Shown: piece after piece, positions 44,847-53,557 of the stretch
Position numbering within the stretch: position 1 is the first letter of the stretch
How the letters are laid out: each line of letters begins with the position of its first letter
Assembly (NCBI GenBank): GCA_036802945.1
Contig: DAIRVG010000001.1
Span: 33,166-97,165 of the forward strand
Origin: Vicinamibacterales bacterium
GTDB taxonomy: Bacteria; Acidobacteriota; Vicinamibacteria; Vicinamibacterales; UBA2999
DNA length: 64,000 bases
Reading direction: 5' to 3'
Notes under the pieces: model-generated
Seen by the model: only the letters and a program-made list of their open reading frames with translations
Told to the model about the DNA's origin: nothing
Database searches by the model: none
Position numbers and translations under genes: made by a program

Positions 44847-45780
44847 CACGGCACCGTCGCGCGTCGTGTTCATGGGCAGCAAGCGGCTCGGTGTTCGCAG
44901 TCTCGAGGCCCTTGCCCTCCTGCCGGATGTGACGGTGGCGGCCGTGACACTTGACGATCGCGACGACGTCCGAAGCGCATACGATGACTTCACCGCGACC
45001 TGCGGCGCACGGGGTATTCCGTGTACGGTCGCGCGCACCCGCGCCGACGCCTCCGCGGCCCTCCGCCGCCACGAACCGGATATTTGCGTTGTCTGCGGGT
45101 GGTACTGGATGGTGGCCCCGTCGGACCTCGCATCTGTTCCGGCGGGCTTCGTCGGCGTTCACTTTTCCGCGCTGCCGAAATACCGGGGCGGATCCCCGCT
45201 GGTCTGGCAGATGATCAACGGAGAGCCGGAGGTTGGAATCTCGCTCTTTTCATTCGCCGACGGTGTCGATGAAGGGCCAGTCTGGGCGCAACGGCTGTTG
45301 CCTGTCGGTCCTGATGAAACGATCGGCGACGTATTGCCCAGGCTCGAGGACGCCGCCGTCCAGTTGCTCACCACGCATGTGCCACGAATCCTGAAGGGCG
45401 ACGTTCAAGCAACGCCACAGGATCACTCGCGCGCGACGTACTGCGCGCTGCGTCGTCCGGAGGATGGAGAAATCTCCTGGGAACGATCAGCGCGCGAGGT
45501 CCACGATTTCATTCGCGCGCAGTCGAAACCCTATCCAGGTGCGTTCACATCGGTGGAGCGGAAACGAATCGCGATCTGGCGATCACGGCTCGCGGCCACT
45601 ACCTATTACGGCACGCCCGGTCAGATCGTCCAGGTAACCTCCGACGGCGTCTGGATCGTATGCGGTGATCATCATCCACTCATCGTCGAACGCGTCGGAA
45701 CCGATGGGACCGAGGTGCCGGCGCACGAGGTCTTGAGATCGATTTCCCTCCGATTGCACTCCGTCGACCGCAGTCGGTGA
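44836..45780 (+). CDS. Formyltransferase (Fmt/ArnA-N/sugar N-formyltransferase family) with C-terminal Fmt-like domain
   Basis: Contains VVFMGS, CVVCGWYWMV, VGVHFSALPKYRGGSPLVWQMING (HxSLLPxxRG-type) and VDEGPV. The start could be ATG 44836 or GTG 44866. Confidence 0.85.
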   Translation: MRADTAPSRVVFMGSKRLGVRSLEALALLPDVTVAAVTLDDRDDVRSAYDDFTATCGARGIPCTVARTRADASAALRRHEPDICVVCGWYWMVAPSDLASVPAGFVGVHFSALPKYRGGSPLVWQMINGEPEVGISLFSFADGVDEGPVWAQRLLPVGPDETIGDVLPRLEDAAVQLLTTHVPRILKGDVQATPQDHSRATYCALRRPEDGEISWERSAREVHDFIRAQSKPYPGAFTSVERKRIAIWRSRLAATTYYGTPGQIVQVTSDGVWIVCGDHHPLIVERVGTDGTEVPAHEVLRSISLRLHSVDRSR

Positions 45781-46484
45781 TGGCCGCGGACGCGGTGAGC
45801 CTCATCGTTCCTGCCTGCGACGAAAGCGGAAGTATCGAAGGAACGGTTCGAGAAGCTGTCGCTGCTTTTGCGCGTCACGGTATCGAGCGGCAGGAAATCG
45901 TGCTGGTCGACGACGGGAGTCGTGATGACACGCGGGCGGTCATGGATCGGCTCGGCCGCGAGCTGCCGACCGTCCGGGTCGTCACGCATGATGTCAACCG
46001 CGGGCTTGGCGCGGCGATCCGTACGGGACTGAGCGCCGCGCATGGTGACATCCTGCTGTGGGTTCCCGGCGATGGCCAGTACGCGGTGAACGATCTGTTG
46101 CATGGCCTTTCACTGCTTGACAGCGGCGGTGTCGTAATCGGTCTCCGCCGCGCGCGTGGCGACGTCGCTCGCGGCCTCGTCTCGCGCTGCTTTCATGGGC
46201 TCATCTTCCTGTTTTTCCGTTTCGACGCCTCACGGATGTCGGGACTCTTCATGATTCGCCGAGCTGTGTTCGAGCGCCTTCGGCCGCAATCCGGAGACGT
46301 CTTCCTCAACTACGAGATCCCTCTCCTCTGCGTACGTCATGGCTTGCGGGTGGAGCCGCTCGATGTGACCCTCCATCCAAGGCGGAGCGGTGTCTCGAAG
46401 GTCGTGAACGCGCGGACAATCGGGCGCATCCTGTGGGAAATGGCGCGCTTCCGCCTGCGCCTGTGGCATGGGTCAGACCGATGA
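45777..46484 (+). CDS. GT2 polyprenyl-phosphate glycosyltransferase-like (CsbB/ArnC-like, no TM tail)
   Basis: Contains SLIVPACDESGSI, IVLVDDGSRDDT and VPGDGQY. It has GTGA and ATGA overlaps with its neighbours. Confidence 0.85.
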   Translation: MMAADAVSLIVPACDESGSIEGTVREAVAAFARHGIERQEIVLVDDGSRDDTRAVMDRLGRELPTVRVVTHDVNRGLGAAIRTGLSAAHGDILLWVPGDGQYAVNDLLHGLSLLDSGGVVIGLRRARGDVARGLVSRCFHGLIFLFFRFDASRMSGLFMIRRAVFERLRPQSGDVFLNYEIPLLCVRHGLRVEPLDVTLHPRRSGVSKVVNARTIGRILWEMARFRLRLWHGSDR

Positions 46485-48511
46485 ATCGCGTGGTGCCGCA
46501 CAGGGTGCTTGGGCTCGCCATTGTGGCGATCTACGCGGCCCTGGTCTTGTGGCCGTACGTGGCCGTGGGGCCGAACGACCTCGAGGAGTTCTTCACGGGC
46601 ATCATCGGCACCAAGCTCGCCGTGCAGGCCATCATGGCGGGGCAGTGGCCGTTCTGGAGCGTCGACATCGGCCTCGGCGTACCGCTACCGCTGAAGTATC
46701 ACTTCATCACCCATCCCGCGAGCGGGCTGTGCCTTATCGACGACTGCCAGCGCGCGATGCGAATCGCCGCAGCGCTCCAGATCGTGATCGGAGCGCTGTG
46801 CATGGCGCTGATCCTCCGCGCAAGCGGCATCGGTCGATCGCTCTCGACCGTCGGCGCGCTGGCGTTTCTCGTCACCTCGTCGACCATCGAAGACACGTAC
46901 GTCAACGACTGGTCCAGCACTGCGCTCGCTGAGGCGTCCATTCCAATCCTGATCTATGCGGCGCTGAGACTGTTCGCCGCCGACGATCGCCGCGATCCTG
47001 TCCTCTGGACGCTGGTGTTCGGCGGCGTCATCGGATTCCTCCTCAGCATGGGATATCCGGCCCCGCAGTTCATGATCGTGGGGTTGTTCCTCCTCGCGCG
47101 TCCTTCAAAACTGTGGGAGCGTCGTGGCTGGTTCGCGCTTGCCGCGGCAGTGGCGTTGTGCATCGGAGGGGCTCATCTCTATCACCTCACGCAACAGATC
47201 CTGGCGACACCTCCAACCGCTCTCCGCAGCGTGCACGACGAGGCCAGCCCTCTCGTCGAGCTGTGGTCGACGTTTCTCCGTCCGTTCGGTGGTGACCTAG
47301 ACAAGACCTGGCGGATCATTTTTCTTGGTCCTCCCTTCGCGATGCTCGCGACCCTTGCGCTGTTCCGCCGCACGCCCGCGTTGTGGCCTTACCAGTTCGG
47401 TCTTGTGGCGAGCGTGGCGCTCATGCTGCTGCCCGAAGGCGCCCTCTTCAACCTGGTCACGGCGCGCTGGTTCTTCCGCGCAGGCGTCAACATCTTCGGG
47501 ATCGTGCTGGCAACGCACCTTCTGGCGTCGTTCATGACGAGCTTCGATCGTCGTCGCACCGCCGTGGCAGCCGTCGCTGGCCTTGTGGTCCTGCAGCTCG
47601 CGTGGCAGTGGTGGGCGTTCCTGCCGTTGTGGCGTTCGGTCGCGCAGGTCGCGCTCGGCGGTTCAGAGCCGGACTCAAATGTGCGGCGGTTGTCCCTGGT
47701 ACAACCTGCTGTCGCAAGGCTGCAAGCGTTGAACGCCGCGCGGCCGGGTCGGTTGATGTTCAGCGATCGTGCCGGCCGGGCGATTCGCTCGCTGACGTTC
47801 ACGGCCGATGGCATTGCGCCCAACGTCTTTGCGATCGCCAACATTCCCACGGTGAGCGCGTTTGCGCATGGAATCGTGCTCGACGCTCTGTATCCGACGG
47901 AAGAGCTCACGGGTGGTCCGATATGGCCGCCGGCGAGCGCGCACACCGATCAGGCATTTCTGGATGTCCTTGGCATTCGTTACCTGCTGATGCTTCAGGG
48001 TGAGCAGGGCGCCCCGGGTCTGCGCGAGATCGGTTCGGTCCCGGGTGGGCTGACACTGTTTGAGAACCCGGGCGCGTGGCCAGAAGCTTTCACGGTCGAC
48101 ACGTACCCCTCGGCGAAGGAACCGCGCAAGGCCGGATGCGAGCACGATCGCTTTCTCTGCGCGGACTTCAGCGCCTACCAGATTCACCGGTTGACCACGG
48201 CTGTTGGCATCGATTGGCATCACGATGGTATGACGCTGCGCGTTCCGAAAATGGACCTGCCGCAGCGACTGGTCGTGACTCAGTGGTATCAGCCGGATTG
48301 GCACGTCTCGAGCGGTCGTGCCTCGCTGAGCAGAGTGATCGAGCAGTTCATCGGCGTCACGATTGCGCCCGGGGAGACATCGGTTCGGCTGACGTACTTT
48401 CCTGCGGTGCGAGGCGCGCTCTTTGTTTTCGGCTGTCTGTCAGAACTTGCGGTCGCTGGTGTGTGTGTGGTGATGGCGGTGCTTATCAGGCGTCGACCGC
48501 GCGAGCTCTGA
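46481..48511 (+). CDS. Polytopic membrane protein, YfhO-like GT-C glycosyltransferase (tentative)
   Basis: ATG 46481 overlaps the GT2 stop. Contains AGQWPFWSVDIGLGVP near the N-terminus, many helices, a periplasmic C-terminal part with VLGIRYLLM and TLFENPGAWPEAF, and a final TM helix. Confidence 0.7.
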   Translation: MNRVVPHRVLGLAIVAIYAALVLWPYVAVGPNDLEEFFTGIIGTKLAVQAIMAGQWPFWSVDIGLGVPLPLKYHFITHPASGLCLIDDCQRAMRIAAALQIVIGALCMALILRASGIGRSLSTVGALAFLVTSSTIEDTYVNDWSSTALAEASIPILIYAALRLFAADDRRDPVLWTLVFGGVIGFLLSMGYPAPQFMIVGLFLLARPSKLWERRGWFALAAAVALCIGGAHLYHLTQQILATPPTALRSVHDEASPLVELWSTFLRPFGGDLDKTWRIIFLGPPFAMLATLALFRRTPALWPYQFGLVASVALMLLPEGALFNLVTARWFFRAGVNIFGIVLATHLLASFMTSFDRRRTAVAAVAGLVVLQLAWQWWAFLPLWRSVAQVALGGSEPDSNVRRLSLVQPAVARLQALNAARPGRLMFSDRAGRAIRSLTFTADGIAPNVFAIANIPTVSAFAHGIVLDALYPTEELTGGPIWPPASAHTDQAFLDVLGIRYLLMLQGEQGAPGLREIGSVPGGLTLFENPGAWPEAFTVDTYPSAKEPRKAGCEHDRFLCADFSAYQIHRLTTAVGIDWHHDGMTLRVPKMDLPQRLVVTQWYQPDWHVSSGRASLSRVIEQFIGVTIAPGETSVRLTYFPAVRGALFVFGCLSELAVAGVCVVMAVLIRRRPREL

Positions 48512-48562
48512 GCCATCGCTCCATTGGATCGCGTGGCGGGACAGGCGGAGAATGCTGGGCAC

Positions 48563-48650
48563 CTGCGGTTGTCGCGACGTTTGCGGCGCGTTACGATAGG
48601 CGGCTGTTGCCAACCCAACAATCGAAATCGGTGCGCATCCCCGCGCAGGT
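48563..48650 (+). promoter_or_regulatory. Conserved intergenic element, copy 2
   Basis: Contains TTGTCG, a 17-nt spacer and TACGAT, followed by AGGCGGCTGTTGCCAACCCAACAATCGAA. See copy 1 at 43058..43145. Confidence 0.55.
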
Positions 48651-48662
48651 ACTTGCTGGATA

Positions 48663-49394
48663 ATGGAAGACCCTTCGGAGGGTCAGACCCTCGTCGTCCT
48701 CCAACCCGGCTACCTGCCCTGGCTGGGGTTCTTCGATCAGTTCCGGCGTGCGGACATCTTCGTGTATTACGACGACGTCCAGTATGACAAGCATGGCTGG
48801 CGCAACCGGAACCGCATCAAGACGCGGCACGGGCCGCAATGGCTGACGGTGCCGGTGAAGCATGCAGGCCTTGGCCTGCCGCGGATCCTGGATGTCACGA
48901 TCGACGGGCGCACGCCGTGGGCACGGAAACACGTGGCGAGTATCCGACAGGCGTACGCGCGCGCGCCATTCGCGCCGCGGTACCTGCCGCAATTGGAGGC
49001 CGTGCTGCAGCAGTCGTGGGAGCGGCTGATCGACCTCGACATCGCCGTCATCGATCTGATGTGCACCTGGTTCGGGCTGTCGCGGCGCGTGGAGCGCTCA
49101 TCGGCGCTCGGCATCGAAGGCGGGAAGAGCGAGCGGCTGCTCAGGTTCTGCCAGCACTTTGGCGCCGGCCGGTACCTGAGTGGCAACGCAGCGCGGGACT
49201 ATCTGGATACGGCGCTGTTCGTACGTGAAGGTATCCATGTCGAGTGGCAGAACTTTCAGCCGCCGACCTATCCACAGCTCCACGGCGAGTTCGTGCCGCA
49301 CCTGTCCGCGCTCGACCTCGTGCTGAATTGCGGCGACAATGCGCGCGCGATTCTCGAAGGCGGCGAAATTTCACACTCTGGAACGACAACGTGA
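48663..49394 (+). CDS. WbqC-family protein
   Basis: Contains LQPGYLPWLGFFDQ, VYYDDVQYDKHGWRNRNRIKT and GPQWLTVPV, as in WbqC-like proteins of amino-sugar O-antigen clusters. Confidence 0.8.
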   Translation: MEDPSEGQTLVVLQPGYLPWLGFFDQFRRADIFVYYDDVQYDKHGWRNRNRIKTRHGPQWLTVPVKHAGLGLPRILDVTIDGRTPWARKHVASIRQAYARAPFAPRYLPQLEAVLQQSWERLIDLDIAVIDLMCTWFGLSRRVERSSALGIEGGKSERLLRFCQHFGAGRYLSGNAARDYLDTALFVREGIHVEWQNFQPPTYPQLHGEFVPHLSALDLVLNCGDNARAILEGGEISHSGTTT

Positions 49395-50428
49395 AGACAT
49401 TTCTCATCACCGGCGGCGCAGGGTTCATCGGCAGCAACTTCGTACGGTACCTGTACGACAACTACCCCGAGTATCGGATCCGGGTGCTCGACCAGCTTAC
49501 CTACGCGGGAAGCGTCGAGAACCTCCCGGTCGGGTTCAACGAGGCTTCTTCCGACGGCCGTCTTCAGTTCTGGTACGGCGACGTGCGGAACGCGTCGCTG
49601 GTCGATACGCTCGTGGAAGACGCGGACGTGGTGGTGCACTTCGCCGCCGAAACGCACGTCACGCGGTCGATTTACGACAACTACCACTTTTTCGAGACCG
49701 ACGTGCTTGGCACACAGGTGGTGGCCAATGCGGTGCTCAAGCATGTCAAGGGCGTCAACCGGTTCATTCACATCTCGACGTCGGAAGTCTATGGCACGGC
49801 GGTGAGTGCCAAGATGGGCGAGGACCATCCGCTGATGCCGATGAGCCCGTACGCGAGCGCGAAGGCGGGCGCCGACCGACTCGTATATTCCTACTGGGCC
49901 ACGTACCGGCTGCCTGCGATCATCGTCCGGCCGTTCAACCAGTACGGGCCGCATCAGCACCTCGAAAAAGTGATTCCGCGGTTCATCACGAGCTGCCTGC
50001 TCGACGAACCGCTGCGCGTGCATGGTGACGGTTCGGCCGCGCGCGACTTTACCTACGTCGGCGACACATGCCGCGCGCTCGACGCAATTGCCCACTGTGA
50101 GCTCGAGAAGGTCGTTGGCGAGGTGATCAACCTCGGGTACGGCGAGAGCTACACCCTTTCGCAGATAGCGCCGATGATTGTGCGGAAGATGAACAAGCCG
50201 GCAAGCCTGATCACGTACGTCGGGGATCGGCCCGGGCAGGTCTTCCGCCATACGGCCGACGCAAGCAAGGCGCAGCGTTTGCTCGGCTGGACGCCGCAGG
50301 TCGGCTTCGAAGAGGGGCTGGATAAGACCATCGCGTGGTACCTGGCGAACAGGCCGTGGTGGGAAAAACAGCTGTGGATGCGCGAGATCCCGATCATCAC
50401 CAAGTCGGGAAAGCGCGAGATGCACTGA
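49391..50428 (+). CDS. rfbB: dTDP-glucose 4,6-dehydratase-like NDP-sugar dehydratase
   Basis: GTG 49391 overlaps the upstream stop. Contains ITGGAGFIGSNFVRY, LTYAGSVENL, HFAAETHVTRSI, HISTSEVYG, SPYASAKAGADRL, NQYGPHQHLEKVIPRF and GDGSAARDFTYV. Confidence 0.85.
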   Translation: MKTFLITGGAGFIGSNFVRYLYDNYPEYRIRVLDQLTYAGSVENLPVGFNEASSDGRLQFWYGDVRNASLVDTLVEDADVVVHFAAETHVTRSIYDNYHFFETDVLGTQVVANAVLKHVKGVNRFIHISTSEVYGTAVSAKMGEDHPLMPMSPYASAKAGADRLVYSYWATYRLPAIIVRPFNQYGPHQHLEKVIPRFITSCLLDEPLRVHGDGSAARDFTYVGDTCRALDAIAHCELEKVVGEVINLGYGESYTLSQIAPMIVRKMNKPASLITYVGDRPGQVFRHTADASKAQRLLGWTPQVGFEEGLDKTIAWYLANRPWWEKQLWMREIPIITKSGKREMH

Positions 50429-50457
50429 CCGCGCCGCGCCTCCGGCGCTCACGGGTC

Positions 50458-50463
50458 TATAAT
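50458..50463 (+). promoter_or_regulatory. Perfect TATAAT -10 candidate upstream of wzt
   Basis: TATAAT lies 31 nt upstream of ATG 50495 and is preceded by a small GC hairpin, GCGCCG and CGGCGC (50431-50448). There is no good -35 box. Confidence 0.3.
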
Positions 50464-50494
50464 CGCTTCCGGGTGACTCGTCTGACCGCTCGCA

Positions 50495-51769
50495 ATGGAT
50501 AGCCTGATCGTTGAGGGTCTCGGCAAGCGGTACTTTCTTCCATCCAAGAGGCCCACGGAGGAGCCCCGGCCCGCGCTGCGTCTCGGCCGGTTGACGATAC
50601 CGCGATTGCCGTGGAACCGGCGCCGCAAGGCGGACCGGGAGCTGTGGGCGTTACGAAACGTCTCGTTTGCCGTCCCGCACGGCACGATCCTGGGCATCAT
50701 CGGCGCAAATGGGGCGGGCAAGTCGACGCTGCTGAAAATCATCGCACGCGTCACGCGGCCGACCGAGGGACGGGTCATCGGATTCGGGCGCGTCGTCTCG
50801 CTGCTGGAGCTCGGCGCGGGGTTCAATCCGGACTTTTCCGCGTACGACAACATCCTGATGAACGCGGCGATGCACGGGATCTCACGGCGCGAGGCGCTGA
50901 AGCGGATAGACGAGATCGTGTCGTTTGCCGAGCTCGACGAATTCCTCGACAACCCGCTGCGCCAGTACTCGAGCGGGATGTATCTCCGTCTCGCGTTTTC
51001 CGTCGCGATCAACATGCAGCCGGACATCCTTCTTGCCGACGAGATCCTGGCGGTCGGAGACATGGCGTTCCAGGACCGCTGTCTTGCCCGCGTCGCGCAG
51101 GAGGCCGAGCGAGGGCTCACGGTGCTGTTCGTGTCGCACGACATGTCGGCGTTGTCCCGGCTGTGCGATCGCATCGTCTGGATCGACAAGGGCGAACTTG
51201 TCCGCGATGGTGACCCCGAGCCGGTGATTGCGGAGTACGAGGAGACGGCGCTTCGGGGCAAGCACGGCGCTCGCGGCTTCGGCGACACGGCGGGGCGACA
51301 CACCAACGTGGAGGCGGAGATCGCGAGCGTCCGCCTGTTGAACACGGCAGGTGAGGAGATCGGTGCGGCGCCGACGGGCGAAGACGTCTACATCAGGCTG
51401 CGGCTGAAGGTCCGAAAGCCGGGACGCGCGGTCAGGGGCGTGGTGGACGTGAACGCGAAAGGCGTCTTCCTGTTCCGCACGGTACAGTCCGAGGAATTCG
51501 TGTCGGACCGCCGCGGCGTGGTCGATCTGATCGTCCGCATTCCGCCGAATCTGCTCGCAGAAACGACCTACTCGGTGAACGTCACGGTGTACACGCGATG
51601 GGAGAAGGAATCCAAGATCGTGCTGGCGAATGCGTTGACGTTCATGGCGTACGGCGAGCAGCACGGCGCGGAGTTCAAGAGCCGGGTCAGAAGCGGTGTG
51701 ATCGCGCCGCAGCTCGAGTGGCACGTTCGAACCCACGCGAATGATGGGAAGCGAAAGGTACGCGTATGA
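50495..51769 (+). CDS. wzt: Polysaccharide ABC exporter ATP-binding protein with C-terminal extension (Wzt-type)
   Basis: Has Walker A GANGAGKST, the signature YSSGMYLRLAF and Walker B ILLADE, plus the GAGFNPDFSAYDNI block typical of Wzt/TagH. The NBD is followed by a ~170-aa beta-rich C-terminal domain. Confidence 0.9.
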   Translation: MDSLIVEGLGKRYFLPSKRPTEEPRPALRLGRLTIPRLPWNRRRKADRELWALRNVSFAVPHGTILGIIGANGAGKSTLLKIIARVTRPTEGRVIGFGRVVSLLELGAGFNPDFSAYDNILMNAAMHGISRREALKRIDEIVSFAELDEFLDNPLRQYSSGMYLRLAFSVAINMQPDILLADEILAVGDMAFQDRCLARVAQEAERGLTVLFVSHDMSALSRLCDRIVWIDKGELVRDGDPEPVIAEYEETALRGKHGARGFGDTAGRHTNVEAEIASVRLLNTAGEEIGAAPTGEDVYIRLRLKVRKPGRAVRGVVDVNAKGVFLFRTVQSEEFVSDRRGVVDLIVRIPPNLLAETTYSVNVTVYTRWEKESKIVLANALTFMAYGEQHGAEFKSRVRSGVIAPQLEWHVRTHANDGKRKVRV

Positions 51770-51836
51770 GGCGTACTGCGGCGGTGTCTCGTTGGCACCG
51801 ACGCACGCGGCGGCGAGCGGCGCCGGCGAGTAGGCG

Positions 51837-52718
51837 ATGAACCCGATGTCATCGAGCGCCAGCGAGGCGGCAGAACGTTCTGCCTGGAGCATCAGCGCCG
51901 ACGCGCGCGATGGTTTTGCAGCGCGCGTCCGCGAAGTGTGGCAGTACCGCCGCATCCTGTGGTTCTTCGCGTTGCGCGCAACCCAGGCGCTTTATCGTAA
52001 GACCTACCTGGGCGTCTGGTGGCTGTTCATCCGGACCCTCGTGCCCCTCATCGTTGGCGCGTTCGTGTTCGGTGCGGTGATCAATGTCCCATCGGGCGGG
52101 GTCCCGTATTTGGTGTTCTTCCTGGCGGGCCAGCTCGCCTGGAACTTTTTCGACGGTCCGCTCGTACGTGCCAGCCGTGGCATCGACGGCAACCGGCAGT
52201 TGCTGACGAAGCTGTACATCCCGCGAATCATCCTGCCGCTCGGTCAAATGGCAGCCGGCGTCGTCGAACCAATCATCATCGCCGTGATTCTCGTCGTGAC
52301 CGTGGTGTATTACCGACGCGTCGACGGCGTCTGGTACGTCCAGCCGGGCCTGCGACTGATGGCCGCGTCCGCGGCCGTCCTTGTGATCCTCTGGTTTGCG
52401 TTCGCGCTGTCGCTCTTCACCTCGGTGTGGCAGGGGCGTGCACGTGATACGCGGTTCGTGCTGCGGCACATCGTCGGGTTCTGGCTCCTTTTGACGCCGG
52501 TGGTCTATCCCGCCTCCCAGGTGTCGGCGCGGATTCGCTGGCTGATCTATGTCAACCCGCTCACGGCGCCGGTGGAAACGTTCAAATGGGCCGTGCTGCC
52601 AGGCATGGAGCACTCGTGGCCGTGGTTCATGTACAGCGTCGGCCTGACGGCAGCGCTCTTCGTCGCCGGCTTGTGGTATTTCGCGCGCTCCGAAGGCGCT
52701 ACGATGGACAAGCTGTGA
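51837..52718 (+). CDS. wzm: ABC-2 type polysaccharide exporter permease (Wzm, copy 1)
   Basis: Contains RRILWFFALRATQALYRKTYLGVWWLFIRTL, six hydrophobic segments and a YVNPLT..ETFKW block. Confidence 0.85.
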   Translation: MNPMSSSASEAAERSAWSISADARDGFAARVREVWQYRRILWFFALRATQALYRKTYLGVWWLFIRTLVPLIVGAFVFGAVINVPSGGVPYLVFFLAGQLAWNFFDGPLVRASRGIDGNRQLLTKLYIPRIILPLGQMAAGVVEPIIIAVILVVTVVYYRRVDGVWYVQPGLRLMAASAAVLVILWFAFALSLFTSVWQGRARDTRFVLRHIVGFWLLLTPVVYPASQVSARIRWLIYVNPLTAPVETFKWAVLPGMEHSWPWFMYSVGLTAALFVAGLWYFARSEGATMDKL

Positions 52719-53557
52719 GCGCGCGATGGGAATTCGGGTCGCGTTCCCCCGGGGTTGGTGCGACGACGGTCGACGTGTGGCAACACAGGTGGCTGTTGCG
52801 AACCGTGGCGGTGCGGGCGTTTCAGCGTATGTACCGGCGCACGATCCTCGGCTGGCTGTGGCTGGTGATCAATCCGCTTCTGCCGTTGGTGATCCGCGCG
52901 ATCATCTTTGGTGCGCTGCTCGGAGTCTCATCGGACGGGCTGCCGTATTTTCTCTTCCTGCTCGGCGGTTCTATTGCCTGGGATCTGTTTGCGGCGACGT
53001 TGATGCGCGGCACCCGCGCCCTCGAGATGCATCGCGAGATGTCGGATCTGATCTATTATCCGCGCGCGATCCTGCCGATCGGTAACATCGCGCCGGCACT
53101 GTTGGAGCTCGGAATCAAGCTTGGCGTCTTTGTCGTGGCGCTGGTCTACTACATGATTCACGACGGCCGGCTCTACGTGCGATCGGACGCCGCGCTGCTC
53201 TGGGGTCTCTGCGCGCTCGTGCTCGCCCTGATCTTTGCGCTCGCCATTTCGCTCTTTACCTCGGTGTGGGGCGAAACGACGCGCGACACCCGTTTTGCGC
53301 TGAACCAGCTCTCCTCCGTCTGGTACTTGTTGACGCCGGTGCTTTACCCGATGTCGCAGGTGCCGGAGGCGTACCGCGGGTGGATCGTCTGGAACCCGAT
53401 GGCGGTCATCGTCGAGACGTTCAAGTGGGGAGTCTTCGGCGTCGGGACGTTTCAGCCGGTGCTGTTCGCCTGGACCGCCACTGCGATCGGCGGTCTGTTT
53501 CTCGCCGGTTTGATCTACTTTACGCGCACCGAGGCACGGATTATCGATGCGCGCTGA
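52715..53557 (+). CDS. wzm: ABC-2 type polysaccharide exporter permease (Wzm, copy 2)
   Basis: GTG 52715 overlaps the upstream stop (GTGA). Contains RWLLRTVAVRAFQRMYRRTILGWLWLVINPL and a WNPMAVIVETFKW block, parallel to copy 1. Confidence 0.8.
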   Translation: MSARWEFGSRSPGVGATTVDVWQHRWLLRTVAVRAFQRMYRRTILGWLWLVINPLLPLVIRAIIFGALLGVSSDGLPYFLFLLGGSIAWDLFAATLMRGTRALEMHREMSDLIYYPRAILPIGNIAPALLELGIKLGVFVVALVYYMIHDGRLYVRSDAALLWGLCALVLALIFALAISLFTSVWGETTRDTRFALNQLSSVWYLLTPVLYPMSQVPEAYRGWIVWNPMAVIVETFKWGVFGVGTFQPVLFAWTATAIGGLFLAGLIYFTRTEARIIDAR

